Assembly: GCA_951406725.2 (NCBI GenBank)
Contig: OX597827.1
Span: forward strand, 66,774,001-66,838,000
Source of the DNA: Octopus vulgaris
Taxonomy: Eukaryota
DNA: 64,000 nt
Direction: 5' to 3'
Shown in pieces: positions 13,326-26,570 of this stretch. A program made the position numbers and the translations under genes. The notes under the pieces are model-generated. The model made no database searches. It had not been told where the DNA came from and saw only the letters and a program-made list of their open reading frames with translations. Numbering within the stretch: position 1 is the stretch's first letter; the number at the start of each line of letters is the position of its first letter.

Positions 13326-14454
13326 AATTTCTTTTTTGTTGTGTTGAAATTTGTTTTCCGTGCCATAGAAATTTTTGTTCCGAGGAAATAAAATCATATT
13401 TTACTTCGAATAAAGTTACCAAGAGATTATAATTTGGAAATTCTAATAATCTATTTCTTTTATGAAAGCAATTTTAGTTTTCTGGAATCCTTAAAAATAA
13501 ACAGGGCTACTACGCACCAGGAATGTGATTAAGAATTTCATATTAATCTTAGAACTGATTTTAGAAATCATTCTGTGCTGAACTCTAATAATATCTTTAT
13601 TCAAGCTCCGTAGAATATTTCTATTCATCACAATGTGAAATATTGTTCGCCATTTCAGATAAATATCTTCTGATTTCTAAAGAAAAATCAACCACGAATA
13701 TATATCACACAAATTCATAAACCAACGTTGCAGTTAAGTGATTTCAAAATATATAGTTTTAAATAAATTCACACAGCACTACTAGCTACTACCCTCCGTT
13801 TCACCTCTCATCTTTTCTCTTAATATTTCATCACGCTTCAGTCATTTAATAGCACTCATAGATGAATAAATTTCATATTTTATACAATATTTATTTTTCC
13901 TACCAAGTAGGTGATTATTATAATTCCACTCTTAATATAAAACATAATTATTTTAGATTACATAGGTTTTAATGTGAGTCTATTAACAAACATACCCAAT
14001 ACTAGTTAAATGGTGCTTAAATATTATTTAATTATAGGATTTATTATATTCTATTATATTCACATAAATAATAGCATAATTGACACACCAGTCCGTCTAC
14101 TCAAATTTAAATTCTAATGCATAATTTCCACCGCCTACAAATAAATTCACTTTCTAATCTGTATCATTTAGTACTCCACTGTTAAGGGAAAAAGAAAACA
14201 CATCAGCAAGGATTGTAAGTATAACATTTCATACAGGTAATAATTTCAAAGTAAAAATGATAACTGGGCATATTTCGGAGCATGAAACGTGGCATTGTTT
14301 TCTGTTGAGAAGGCAGTCGTACAGATATGTTCAAACAATGGTTAAGCATATGTATATAAATGTGTGCATGGCAGAATGTTCCTTCTGATCATTATTATAA
14401 AACTATAAATCCTACCTTAATATCTATGAGATTGAAAAAAAAAACCACGGATAA

Positions 14455-14620
14455 GGGAAGAATGCTGGAGAAGAGAAAATTTACCCCAAAATTTCAGAAG
14501 ATGCAGGATATGCCTTGCTGAGAAAGTAATTACATTAAAATAATCTCTCTGCCACTAAAGAACTAAGTTAACTATCAGAGGGACATTTTTCGCTCCTACC
14601 AGCATGAGAAAATCGCGATC
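14455..14620 (+). mobile_element. Possible highly decayed RTE-like RT fragment
   Basis: CWRRENLPQNF(R)DA-like stretch followed by a remnant resembling NYRGISLL, with several frameshifts. Confidence 0.3.
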
Positions 14621-16632
14621 ATTTGTATACAGGTGCCGCTATGATTATAACTGCTAGGAAATCAACCATCGTACATTCCACCATCACAGTATGAATTTTC
14701 AGTAACGTTTCTGAGTACACTAAAACATATACACATGGAAACGTGCGCATATGAACGCAATTACAAGAGTAAAGGTGTGATCGTATACCCAACCCCTACT
14801 CTAAAACCTTCTGCATAAAGATGTGTGTGTGTGTGTGTTTATACATATCTACAAATATATTTATGTATGTGCTTGTGCATGCTTGTTTATGCATTCGTAT
14901 ATATGTTACATTATCTTATACATATGAAATAGGTATGTACATATATGTATGTTAGGCTGTATATTTACACATGAATGCATTCATGAGTGTGTATATAGAT
15001 ATGTGAGTGCATTTTACCATACGTAATAACATACAGTACCCACTCATGCACGCACAGACACACACACACAGATGTATGCGTATGTATGTTCATAGATCGA
15101 TTGTTACACTTATTATTCACTCGCTTATTTGCGTAAGTTTGTGTTGAAACAAGGAAATCTTTTATTTATTGTGTAATTCCGCATGAGATACACTGGCATT
15201 TTGTCTTATTGTTGGATTAAAATATTTACAAAATGTATTTTTGTATTAAATTCTTTCTTAAAATACTGATTGTTTGTTCTCTATAGTATCAAAACGAAGA
15301 TTGATTAAATTGTGCTGGGCAACATAGCAACTTGATTTATGAGCTAAATTTTAATTAAGCCCAGCAATATATTGTGATTTGTGATATTTTAAAAGATAGT
15401 TCATCTCCGAAATTAACGTCTCCCTTTTGGTTTAAAAAATGATATTTAATTTTGTTTTGCGTTATCATTGTTTATTTTGAAACATATATTTACGTATAAT
15501 GCCCAAAAGTTTCACTACACTTTCCGCTAGTAAATATTGCATTGCATATGATTTGGTAACATTTTAACGGGGTGTGTATGTTTAGTTTCATATTTTGACA
15601 CAAGACCAGCATATTCAGGGAAGAGATTAAGTTGATTGCTCAACTGTTACTTATCTTGTCGACCATGTAAGGCAAAGCTTTTGAGCTCAAACCTACAGCG
15701 GGACGAAATGTTGCTAAGTAATTTTATCTGCGCTGTAACGATTGTGTCAGCTCGCCGTATTCTCAGGGTGTATATATTTGTTTCAAAGTTTGATACAATG
15801 CCAGTAATTTATGAGGACTGCTTAAGTCGACGGCATTGACACCAATGTTCCACTGGTATCCATATCCTCAATCCTGAAACGATGAAAATTAAAGCCGAAA
15901 CCGGTGGTATTTCAACTCAGAATGTAAAGTCGGGAAAATGCCACCAAGCATTTTTTCCATCGCAGTAACAATTCTGCCAGCTCGTAGCATTTAAAATATG
16001 CAAATACTAACAAACCGTGAAAGGAAGGTAGCGACATTTTGTTCGTCTTCACCGAGTTCAAGATTGCCTATCCTCCTTTCGGGATCGATAAAATATGTAC
16101 CAGTAGATCACTCGTGTTTATGTAACCAACTCACCTCCTCATACGGAAACCTTGACCTTGTGCCAAAATTCGAAATCAATCTTAGAAAGAAGCCCTTATT
16201 TAATTAGGGAACATGATTGGAACATGAAGTGAATGTTACTGTTCGTAGTTAGTTTTACCTTTCTTTTGCGCTGTTATGTTTGCTTTATTTACTCATAACT
16301 TGTACTCACTAATATTTAATTTATTTTGTATTTATTGATATCCCTGATATTTTAGACATAGTCTTTTTTTATTGTCCTATACTTTGAGGACTCTCATTGT
16401 GCATATGATTTATTGCCCTCCACTCTTTCAAGCTTATTTTATCCTCACTTCCATTGCCATATATTTTTTCTTCATTCAATTGCTGTTTGTTATTTCTATA
16501 CAGTGTAGATGCGCTTTATATTTGAGAAACCACCTATATTGCCTTTATCGTTAAATTCTATTTGGAATAACTTCAGGCAAAATATCAGACCTGTCTATAT
16601 GATTCAGTATATATACTTTCCATTTTTTCCCC

Positions 16633-17112
16633 TTTCTAACAATATATTGATCGTTTATAACCATTACAATACTTTAATGAAATCATGAATATTATAACTT
16701 TCTACATCGTAATCTTACACATTTACCTACTAATGTTGACATAAACATTAAAATATGTAAATGTAATTATGGATACCGTGATTTCCTGAATCAGTCTGAA
16801 TCAGTCCGATACACATTTACATACTCACGGTTCCACAACTATTAAAATATTTAAATGAAATAATGGATATTGTTATTTTCTACTTTGGCGTGACACACAT
16901 TTACCTATATATTGTTTTATAGAGATTAAAATACGTTAATGAAATTATAAACATCGTCATAGTCTGTCACATCTTTAAACACATTTGAATTTTCATGCTT
17001 TCATATATATTAAAATACGTTAATGAATGTATAATACTTTAATTTCCCATATCAGTGTAGCATACATTTATGTACTCGTCGCTTCATGCTCATGTAAAAC
17101 ACGTAAATGAAT
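16633..17112. repeat. Old 84-bp minisatellite, about 6 diverged units
   Basis: Block ATTAAAATA(C/T)GT(A/T)AATGAA recurs at about 16663, 16747, 16841, 16925, 17009 and 17093. ACACATTT recurs at 16717, 16811, 16895 and 16979. Confidence 0.75.
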
Positions 17113-17382
17113 TTTCTGTTTCCATAGTTATTAGTTTATACAAAATCTGCTATAGTTTTACAGCGTTGGATTTGTATCTGTGTCGGTGTCATTTTTAGAT
17201 AGAGTTTAAGAAGTTTCAAGAAAAACTTTCATAGCTGAGCAAGTTTCTCCACTTTATCAACATTCGAATGGAATTAGAGTGGGCGTTTCTTCAAGTACAT
17301 AGCCAAAGTAAATTGTGTCTTTTTTTGAAAAATGTTCAGAATACTATAACTTCGGGTGTTAACGAAGCTTCTTTCCCTAAAG

Positions 17383-17538
17383 AGGAGTGGCTATGTGGTA
17401 AATTGCTTGTTTACCAATCACATGGTGCCGGGTTCATTCCCACTGTGTGACATCTTGGGCAAGTGTTTCTACTATAGCCTCGGGTCGACCAAAGCTTTGT
17501 GAGTGGATTTGGTTCATGGAAACTGAAAGAAGCCCGTC

Positions 17539-17542
<4 letters not shown>
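17383..17542 (+). mobile_element. SINE family A, 5' half
   Basis: AGGAGTGGCTATGTGGTAAATTGCTTG...GGAAACTGAAAGAAGCCCGTCG, then (TA)n(TG)n. Confidence 0.85.
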
Positions 17543-17610
<68 letters not shown>

Positions 17611-17940
17611 ATTCACAAAATTTTCTTTGACAAGTTCTAGACAGGAACGAAAGCGCTAATAATAATGAAGAAGTAAAAGGAATTCTGTCGACTTTTTTTG
17701 TTTATATATATATATATATATATATATTACTATTAAAAATGATGAATTTTTTATTCTCTACAGAAAAAAATTCCATCAGGAAGTGTGGCAGTATATTAAA
17801 AGAACCTTTACGGTTAAAAATTATAAATATCTTATAAGCAAGGGCTAAAGAAGATTATTCTAAAGCCAAAATACTGATATTCCACATTTAATCTACTTGC
17901 TACAGAAAGTTGAACTGAAATATATATATATGTATATATA

Positions 17941-18264
17941 TCACCGTGGTCACCGTGGTCACCGTGGTCACCGTGGTCACCGTGACCGACCAGGCTATCA
18001 GCTGTTGCTACACATCGCTGGTCACAATGCGCGTCGCATTGTTTTAGCCTGCAAATGAGGCCAACTCCGCTGGCTAAGCGAGCAGGCCAACAGAAGAAAG
18101 AGTGAGAGAAAGTTGTGGCGAAAGAGTACAGAAGGGAACACCACCAACCCCTGCCGGAGCCTAGTGCATCTTTAGGTGTTTTGCTCAATAAACACTCATA
18201 ACGTCCGGTCTACGTATCGAAACCGCGATTACGCTGCACTAATCACTAGGCAATTGTGCCTCCA
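17941..18264 (-). mobile_element. SINE family C with expanded 9-bp tail repeat (TCACCGTGG)n
   Basis: Collinear with 63267-63542; tandem TCACCGTGG at 17941-17985. Confidence 0.88.
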
Positions 18265-18271
18265 CACAGTA

Positions 18272-18357
<86 letters not shown>

Positions 18358-19575
18358 TTATATTACAACTATCTGCCTATCAATCTATTTATCTTTCTCA
18401 CTTTCTCTCTTTCTTTCTTTCTCTCTCTCTTTCTCTCTTACTTCCCCTCTCTCACTCACCCATTCTCTCTGTCTGTCAGAGAATTCTCCAAAACTGAACT
18501 ATGAGAGTAGCCGTGGAATAATAGTGTTGATGTGCTCCAGGAACTGGAGATTGTTTTTTTAGTAACCAGTTCCTACGTAGCTTACTACAGAAGTTAAGTG
18601 CGAGGATGGTGTGTTGTGATGTTTATCAGAAAATGGTTTACAATGTAACATAGGCAGTTGACTTCATGATCATAATTGAACGCGTTTGACCATTCCACAT
18701 TTAGATCAATATTGATGTAATGCCAAACAATGTTAGAAACAAACAGCCAATAGTGTTTCCACGCTGTCACTCAGCGTGTTGCGAGTAAAACTAGGTCGGG
18801 GGGATTATACCGTTAGCGATTTATTCCAGAACGAAAATAGCAGAAGTTCATATTGTTAACCCGTGTGTTTATGCGGAGAGAGGTGGCGTGGCGTGAGTGG
18901 AGATCGGTATTTCCTATTTAATGTGAAACAAAGCACAAAACATTAACAAACTCGACAGCTGTTGTTGAAGAGACGCAAATACAGAGACGTTGGTAATCAT
19001 TTCGCCGTTTCAGATTCGCCTCGAGGTGAATTCATTAAAAAATGAGGAAAAATGAAAAATTTAAACTCGTTACTTCCTGTTGAACAGAAACAATAAATAA
19101 TAGCATTGAAGAAAAAAATACATAATAAAATACAGAAAATAAAGCTTATTTTTAGGTCAAAATAACAACAGCAATGAACAGAATATTACCAAAAAAGAAA
19201 AAAAAAACCGTTAAGGTACCAGTTACTAATGATCTGTTTTCTAGTTTTTCCCCCCTTTTTCCTTTCTGTTAGTGTTACATATAAATTATTTTATTTTTTC
19301 AATCATTTTTTTTTTTCAGAATGTAATTTTATTGTATAGAATTTACTGATAAAGCAAATTGATTTAATGATAATTATATTTTTATTCTTTAAGTAAGAAT
19401 GAACCTAGCAAAATAAATAAATAAAGTTATAAATAAATAAATTTAGAAATTTATAAAATGCTTTCAAGCTATGTTAAGTTTAAGTTATCAAACTATTTGA
19501 AATATAGAATTAAAAAAATGTATCATAACCCGTGGCAACAGTTCCTGTGAAATTGTTATTGCTTTTGTTGTGGTA

Positions 19576-19647
<72 letters not shown>

Positions 19648-19895
19648 GTTGTTATTATTATTATTATTATTATTACTATTACTATTATTATTATTATTAT
19701 TATTTTATTTTTTATTTTTGTTGTTGTTGTTGTTGTTGTTATTATTATTATTATTATTATAATTATTATTATCATGACCATCACCATCGTTATCAAGACA
19801 ATAAACATTGTAAAAGTGATGCTGATTATTTGTAATCATGTTAACGTGCATGTAGCATGTATCCCAACGAAATAATATATATATATAAACACAAT

Positions 19896-19933
19896 AGGCG
19901 CAAGAGTGGCTGTGTGGTAAGTAGCTTGCTTAC
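19896..19933 (+). mobile_element. SINE family A head, interrupted at AAGTAGCTTGCTTAC
   Basis: AGGCGCAAGAGTGGCTGTGTGGTAAGTAGCTTGCTTAC, after which SINE homology stops abruptly. Confidence 0.85.
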
Positions 19934-20152
19934 TGCAGGGAACCTATGCGGGGGCTCGGATGAGAAAGAGGAAGATTAAGGAAATTTTGTAATTTTTTTG
20001 ATTTTTTGTAAAATCGAATAAAAGAACAGTGATTTGGAGGGGTTATCAGTCGGCGGGCGCCGGTGCCCCTCCCATTTTTGTTCATCACTATCATCCTCAT
20101 CTCATTAATGTCTTTATCTCTGTACGGCTATCATGGCCAGTTTGATGAATAA
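19934..20152 (+). mobile_element. 3' fragment of a retroelement ending in GATGAATAAA, flanked by a 15-16-bp target-site duplication
   Basis: AAGTAGCTTGCTTACT occurs at 19919-19934 and 20153-20168. The 3' end resembles the element end at 42324-42360. Confidence 0.75.
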
Positions 20153-20168
20153 AAGTAGCTTGCTTACT

Positions 20169-21560
20169 CTCGACGCATAGCTGTCAGTTGTCGGCAACTG
20201 CTACTATGAATGTCACGTCGATTCGAGCTGCGTGGCTAAGAGAAATATAAGAGACTGGCTACAGTCTCTTATATTTATATAAGACTTTTTGATTTTTTTG
20301 AGTTCGGTGGGGATTTATTGTTGTGTTATATTTAATAGATACCTGTTCAACTCTAAACATTTTTGTCTGCTTTGGTGGGAGTATCTCGCCACCAAAAAGT
20401 TTGTGTGTTTGGTGGGCGTATCTCGGCACCGAACTATGGTACTCCGAACTGTGCCTTGGAGTACCTGGTTTGCTGTAGTCCCTGCTTCGGAGTGTCTGGT
20501 TTTGCTGCCAATTTCAAGTTGTAAAGTCGCCTTGAACTGCGTGAATAAGAGGAAAAAAAGACTCGCTACAGGTTGGACTTTACGGTTTTTGAATTCGGTA
20601 GGGATTTGTTGTTGTGCTATTTTTAATAAACCCCTGCTGAACTCTACACATTTTTCTACCTGTGGTCTAGTTATACACATATTCTAGAGAGTTAAAATTT
20701 TTTGGTTTGTTTTGGTGGGCTTATCTCGCCACTAAAAAATTGTTTCTGTACATGGTTTGCTGAAATTCCCACCTTGGAGTACCTAGCTTTGCTCTGGCTA
20801 CCAAGTTACAGTTTGAGCCGGGAGTACCTGTGGCCGGAAGAATGAGTTCGTCGTGTCTTTTTGTTTTGTTTTTTCCTGAACTGCTTTCTCGTTTCCTGTT
20901 TACTTCAAAGACTTTCTTTTGAACTATCTCTGTGAACTTTCTTTTTGTGTTTGCTAACATGACGGACAACAAGGACAACAAGAAAAGTACTGCTTTGGAG
21001 TGGGAGATTATCCCACCCAAACAGTGGCTTAAACAGTAAGAGAAGAAGACGGTGGTGTTGAGAACGTACTCGAAAGTTCCTGACGCCATTGCTGCCTTCT
21101 ACAAACAGTAAATTAAAAAGGAGTTATCAGGCTATCTGCCAACTGTGAGGTTTATTGCCTGGGGTGTCGGATATTTAACGATTTGGTTGCTAATTGACAA
21201 GCCGGAAGAGGCTCGTATTTTTGCGAGTCAGCACCTGGAGGGCAATACAATTTTATTTCTTCCAACGTATAGTGGGATGAAATTGACGAGGGCTTGGATC
21301 TGCGGGATGCCGCCCCATATAGTACCAAGGTGTGTAGAGGACAACCTCCCTCAGTAAGAAAGAAAAAAAGAGGACGAAAAAGAAAAGCGGGACATTGCCG
21401 GCAACACAATACCGGCATATCCCGGAACTTCGTCGGTGGGAATTGTGCCACCGACGGCTGAAGATCCATCGTCGGTGGCAATTGTGTCACCGATGTTGGA
21501 AGTGACTACCCCGCCCCTTCAAGGAGAAGAATTACTTGTCTTCTTCTACGAACTCTATAA
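20169..21560 (+). mobile_element. 5' part of an L1/Tx1-like element: duplicated 5' UTR plus decayed ORF1-like frame
   Basis: Begins right after the TSD. One frame from ATG 20959 reads MTDNKDNKK..EKKTVVLRTYSK..IKKELSGYLPTVRFIAWG..EEARIFASQHLEGNTILFLPTYSGMKLTRAWICGMPPHI with isolated TAA stops, then a K/R-rich stretch. The ORF1 assignment is pattern-based and the right boundary is approximate. Confidence 0.55.
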
Positions 21561-22204
21561 TTGATTTCCTTATTGTGATCAAATGTTCATGCCGCCCGTC
21601 AGCTCACTCTGTCCACCAAATAGGCGCTGTCTGAATAGGTGGACCGTGGACTACTCGTCAGTTGTCGAAGTGATCGCAGAGTAACTCGAGATGAAGTGTT
21701 ATATTCCAGAAAATGCGGCAACGCCCAGTTCAGGAATTGAAATGCCGATCGAGGCGATGCCGAGTAACCACAAGACCATGCATCCAGACTGTGTGTACGT
21801 ATGTGTGTAAAAATCGTATACATATGTGTGAACATAAACTTTTGAACCAGAAGTAGTTTTAAATAGGAACTTAGCATTTAACCAAGATACTAGCAAGATG
21901 TTTTTGTCTCATGGCAACACAACGGTATTTTCCCATCAACGGAAACGGTGCAAAATCATAAACGAATATATTTATATATATAAATATATATATAAAAGTA
22001 ATCTGAATAAATTTATAATTCTCAAAAGCGAAAAAGTACAATATGTTCAGAAATATTTATTATGTTTGTCTTAAACAAAAGCGAAGCATTGAATTTAGGT
22101 TTTATTTCTAACGTTGGTTTGAGATTTTAGAAGGAAACATATTTATATACAATTTGACCTTTGGAACAATATATTTTGTACTTTTAACGATACTAGCTAC
22201 GCAC

Positions 22205-22264
<60 letters not shown>

Positions 22265-22853
22265 TGTGTATAAAAATATAATTTCTCGTAAGTTACGGTT
22301 CTAAAGACTAAACAAAAAGTTAGGTGGTATATTTATTATATTGATATTTGAAATGATTACAAGAAAGGATATAGTTATTTGATATTTAAAATAAATATGT
22401 AGTTTATCTATTTAAGCACTTGTAACGAAAACTCCGATATCAACGACTAAATGTCATCTGTATATGTTGTACGGTCAATCTGGGAATATATATATACAGA
22501 TTATTACAACTATAGTTTCATACAGAAAATCCAAACGACGTGTTTGAATTTCAGCTGTAAGAAAATATGTGTAAATATAGCGTAATTTTTAAAACACCAG
22601 GGTAATCTCAAACTTACTTGTACATCCAAATACACAAAAGGCTAAAATATACTTTCAAGAATGGAGCACTAAATATACAGATTCTGCAAGAGAAGACGTA
22701 TGTGGTGGTCACGTTTCGAAATTTTGTGATCATAGTTCTACTCTCTCAGAATATGTAGCATATGTCATAGTTGTTATATTTAAGAATTGAAATTACGATC
22801 GTGAGCGACGCCATCTAACTACTAGTATATATATATCGAGACTCTGCGCGCGC

Positions 22854-22935
<82 letters not shown>

Positions 22936-23430
22936 GAGTGTATGTGAAAAGTTACCCGAAATACAAGTCGTGTTTAATCGAAGGCTTAAGTAGTTCACTT
23001 CTATCGTATTATATTGAAGTGTAAATATTTTGAATAGAGCAGTTTTAACCCTGAGAAACTCGCTGAGGATACACGTTATTTTCCTTACGTTGTGATAGCT
23101 TCCGTTCACCATCATCAGAGGAGATTGTTGAACCAGTGCGCACTATACTTTTCTCAACATTTATTAATTCTTCAACTACGCTGGAATATATGCTATTAAA
23201 TGTCAAATAATGGTACAGGAGCGAGGAAGAAAGGTCAAACTTGTGTAGAGATACTAGGAGGTGCTGCTGTTATTAATAAATTAATTTGAGAAATTTTTAT
23301 TTATTTCTCCAGACGATTTAGAAATGGAGATCAAAGAATATGTATATCAAGTACATCGATATCTGGTCTTCGATGCTTTCAATTGACATGTTGTTTTTAC
23401 TGATCTTATCACATGTGCAATTGACATTAA

Positions 23431-23804
23431 TCTCTCTCTATATAAACGGCAGTTTGTCTGTGCGTTTTCTGTGTGTCTGTTTTCTCGTACCCTCACTCTT
23501 ACCACGGCTTTCAACCGATTCTGATGAAACTTGACACACACACATAGCCCAATGTCATAATTCAAAACTAACGCAGCGAAAATTTTGAAAAGTTCCCCCA
23601 GTTCTGAAAAAAATCGATAAATTCGACATGGGGTCGAGAATCAGAAACCCAAACCACAGACCGTCTAGGGGACGCAACTCCACCTTTTTTAACTCTGAAA
23701 AAAATTTACCATCATTTTTTTTCTATTTTTTGGCTATAACTCTCTAAAAATGCTTTATAGTTATTTCCCTTACAAACCTGAGCAACGCCGGGCGATACTG
23801 CTAG
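23431..23804 (+). mobile_element. Non-autonomous Helitron-like element
   Basis: A|TCTCTCTCTATATAAA 5' end; GTCTGT-type microsatellite and ACCGATTCTGATGAAACTT near the 5' end; subterminal hairpin CCTGAGCAACGCCGGG; CTAG|T 3' end; no TSD. Confidence 0.85.
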
Positions 23805-23874
23805 TATTTTATAAAACGTGTATTAAACGTATTTTAGAATGATAACTACCGCAACGTGGCACAAAATCGAAATA

Positions 23875-24063
23875 TTGGTTTCAAATTTTCTCCCAAGTCC
23901 AGCGATTTTCGGAGTGGGGCTAAGCCGATTATATCGTCTTTCGAACGAAAGGATGAGAAGTAAATCGACCTCGGTGGAATTTGTACTGAGAACATAAAGA
24001 TGGAAAAAATGCCCCTAAGCTAATTTCCCAGCGTACTAATGATCGGGCTAGTTCACCGCCTTA
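23875..24063 (-). mobile_element. SINE family B, diverged
   Basis: GAAAGGATGAG..TCGACCTCGGTGGAATTTG..GTTCACCGCCTT is the reverse complement of the B head and body. Confidence 0.65.
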
Positions 24064-24421
24064 ACAATTCGGTTAATCCCGACAAAACAGCAAAAATATT
24101 TATACTATGATAAAATTTGAAGAATTCGTATAAAGATTTTAATATCTAAACCGATATCATGTTGATTTTTTACACTTTAATCTCGGAAAGCAGAAGGTTT
24201 TATTAATAAAATAATAGGTTTCCCCCAAAAAAATTTTAAATAAATCTAAAATGTAACTTCCTCAACATAGCGCGTCTCATCATATCATTGATTAGATTGA
24301 AACTGTATGTGCTTAGATGGAAGGAACAAAGTTTATTACCAAAACCCAACTATAACCATAATTTCTTTCATTTAAGGTACTTTGTTTCCTATACTTTCTC
24401 TATCTGTACTCACAGACACTA

Positions 24422-24501
<80 letters not shown>

Positions 24502-26335
24502 TGGAGAAATTGTAGTCAAGGAGTAGGATTACGGTTGGACATTTATATATACATGCATACACACACATAAAGCAAATCGAAAATAAAAGTGAAAGACAAA
24601 GCGAGAAAAGTCAATAGGACGTACTCAATGATTGTATTATGTTGACGTTCACTTTAAGATGTTGAAAAAATCCGGGTGTGCAACGAATTGAGTATGCAAT
24701 TGCGTTAGAAAAATGAAAGAGGAAAAGCCCAGAGACCATATATAGCTTTTCAAATAGTGCTTCTCGAAACACAAAAGACTATAAAATTATCATGAGCGCG
24801 CTATTTGTGTGTGTGTGTGTGTGTGTGTGTGAGTGTGTTCGTGCTTTTAACTTCCGTTTGGCTTTTTGATTATGAACATTTTTTCAGTCATTAAGTATCA
24901 TATTAAACCCTCTACGTAGCATCTGTTCAAATATAATTTTCTAGATCCTAGTGTCTACCTACAATATATATGTTAAATCTAATACGCGTAACTTGTATTC
25001 GTGCTCATAGGATGAATTACAGAAGAAAACATAATATAGAATCATGTCTAGTTTAGTCCCTTATTTTATCTTTTGTTACGTTTATACTATACAGCTGTTT
25101 ATGGAATCCACAACTGCGTAAATTCTGCCTGCTTGTTCTCTTGACCATGTCATATAGAAGGAAATTCTGACAGGCATCTATTTATTAAAAACAATAAAAA
25201 TGACCAAAATTTACTCTTTTATGGTTCAGCTTACAAATTCAAGCGGATATAACATTTCAATTTTGGCTATTTCCTCATGGATACTCTACAAACATATAAC
25301 CGTTTTTTTTTTTCTTTTTCCAATACGTGTGGAAATGTTGCAATGTATGTTATTGTAATGGTTGACTATTTTACTTTCAGTCTAATTAAATTTTTAGTTC
25401 CGTTATCAAATGTCACCTTTAAATTACTCTCATTTAATGTTCCTTATATTCTCTTCTAATCCTTAAACGTAATAATATATTATATATCCATACTCTGTCC
25501 TCGTAGTACTTCATTTACTACGACACTTTTCCTCTATCAATGATCTGGAAAAAATCAGCCAATTGTTATATACTCCATCAAATTAACGGTCCTATTTAAA
25601 TGTACAAAAACCGCTATAATTCTAATCGGGATAGCTGATGATCGGTAATTTTTCGTTCATTCTCATTCTCCATTACATGTTGTACACGCATTTGGTCATT
25701 ACTTACACGCTACCTTTTATGTGTGGTTATTGTCATGCCACTCTGTCACACTGTGTTTCTGCATCTTCACACTATCATTCTGTGCAGTTGCTCACCGATA
25801 TACTTTTAAAATCTAGAAAAGTAGGTTACTAGATGTTTGACCGACGGCTCTTTGCAAAGATAAAAACAGAGGATCTAAGAAAGTTCAATAAAAGTGCTTA
25901 TGCAATTGAACACAAGATATGTAAAACGCATGAATATATCGATTTATAAACGGGATGAAAACAACTTTAAAAAAAAATGTGCACTTACATATAAACTTTT
26001 ACGTGTGTTGTGTGTGTGTGTGTGTGTGTGCATGTGTGAATGTGTGAGTACGAGCACGCGCATTTTGATGTACTTTTGTGATACACTGTGTCTACCTATT
26101 CAAAAAAAATATCAGATGTGTAAATATACATGTGTGTGTGTATGTGTGCAATTCTATATATGCATACACCTATATATATATGTAATTTATTCTATCCATA
26201 TCTGACCCTCTCTTTCTCTATTACTCACTCTCTATGTATGTATGTATGTATGTATGTATGTATCTATCTATCTATCTATCTATATATATATATACATATA
26301 TATGTGTGTGTATATATATGTATATTTATATACTT

Positions 26336-26500
26336 TTATTTCTTTATTGCCCACAAGAGGGTAAACACAGAGGGGACAAACAAGGACAGACAAACGGATT
26401 AAGTCGATTATATCGGCCCAGTGCGTAAATGGTACTTAATTTATCGACCCCGAATGAATGAACGGCAAAGTCGACCTCAGCAGAATTCGAACTCAAAACG
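26336..26500 (-). mobile_element. SINE family B fragment
   Basis: CCCACAAGAGGGTAAACACAGAGGGGACAAACAAGGACAGACAAACGGATTAAGTCGAT...GAATTCGAACTCA. Confidence 0.85.
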
Positions 26501-26536
26501 TTATATACACATATATATACATACATACGCACACAT

Positions 26537-26570
<34 letters not shown>

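Noticed and set aside
16633-17112. C2H2 zinc-finger array suggested by the 84-bp period
   Set aside because: No frame I translated gives C-x2-C...H-x3-H or TGEKP linkers, and there are frequent stops.
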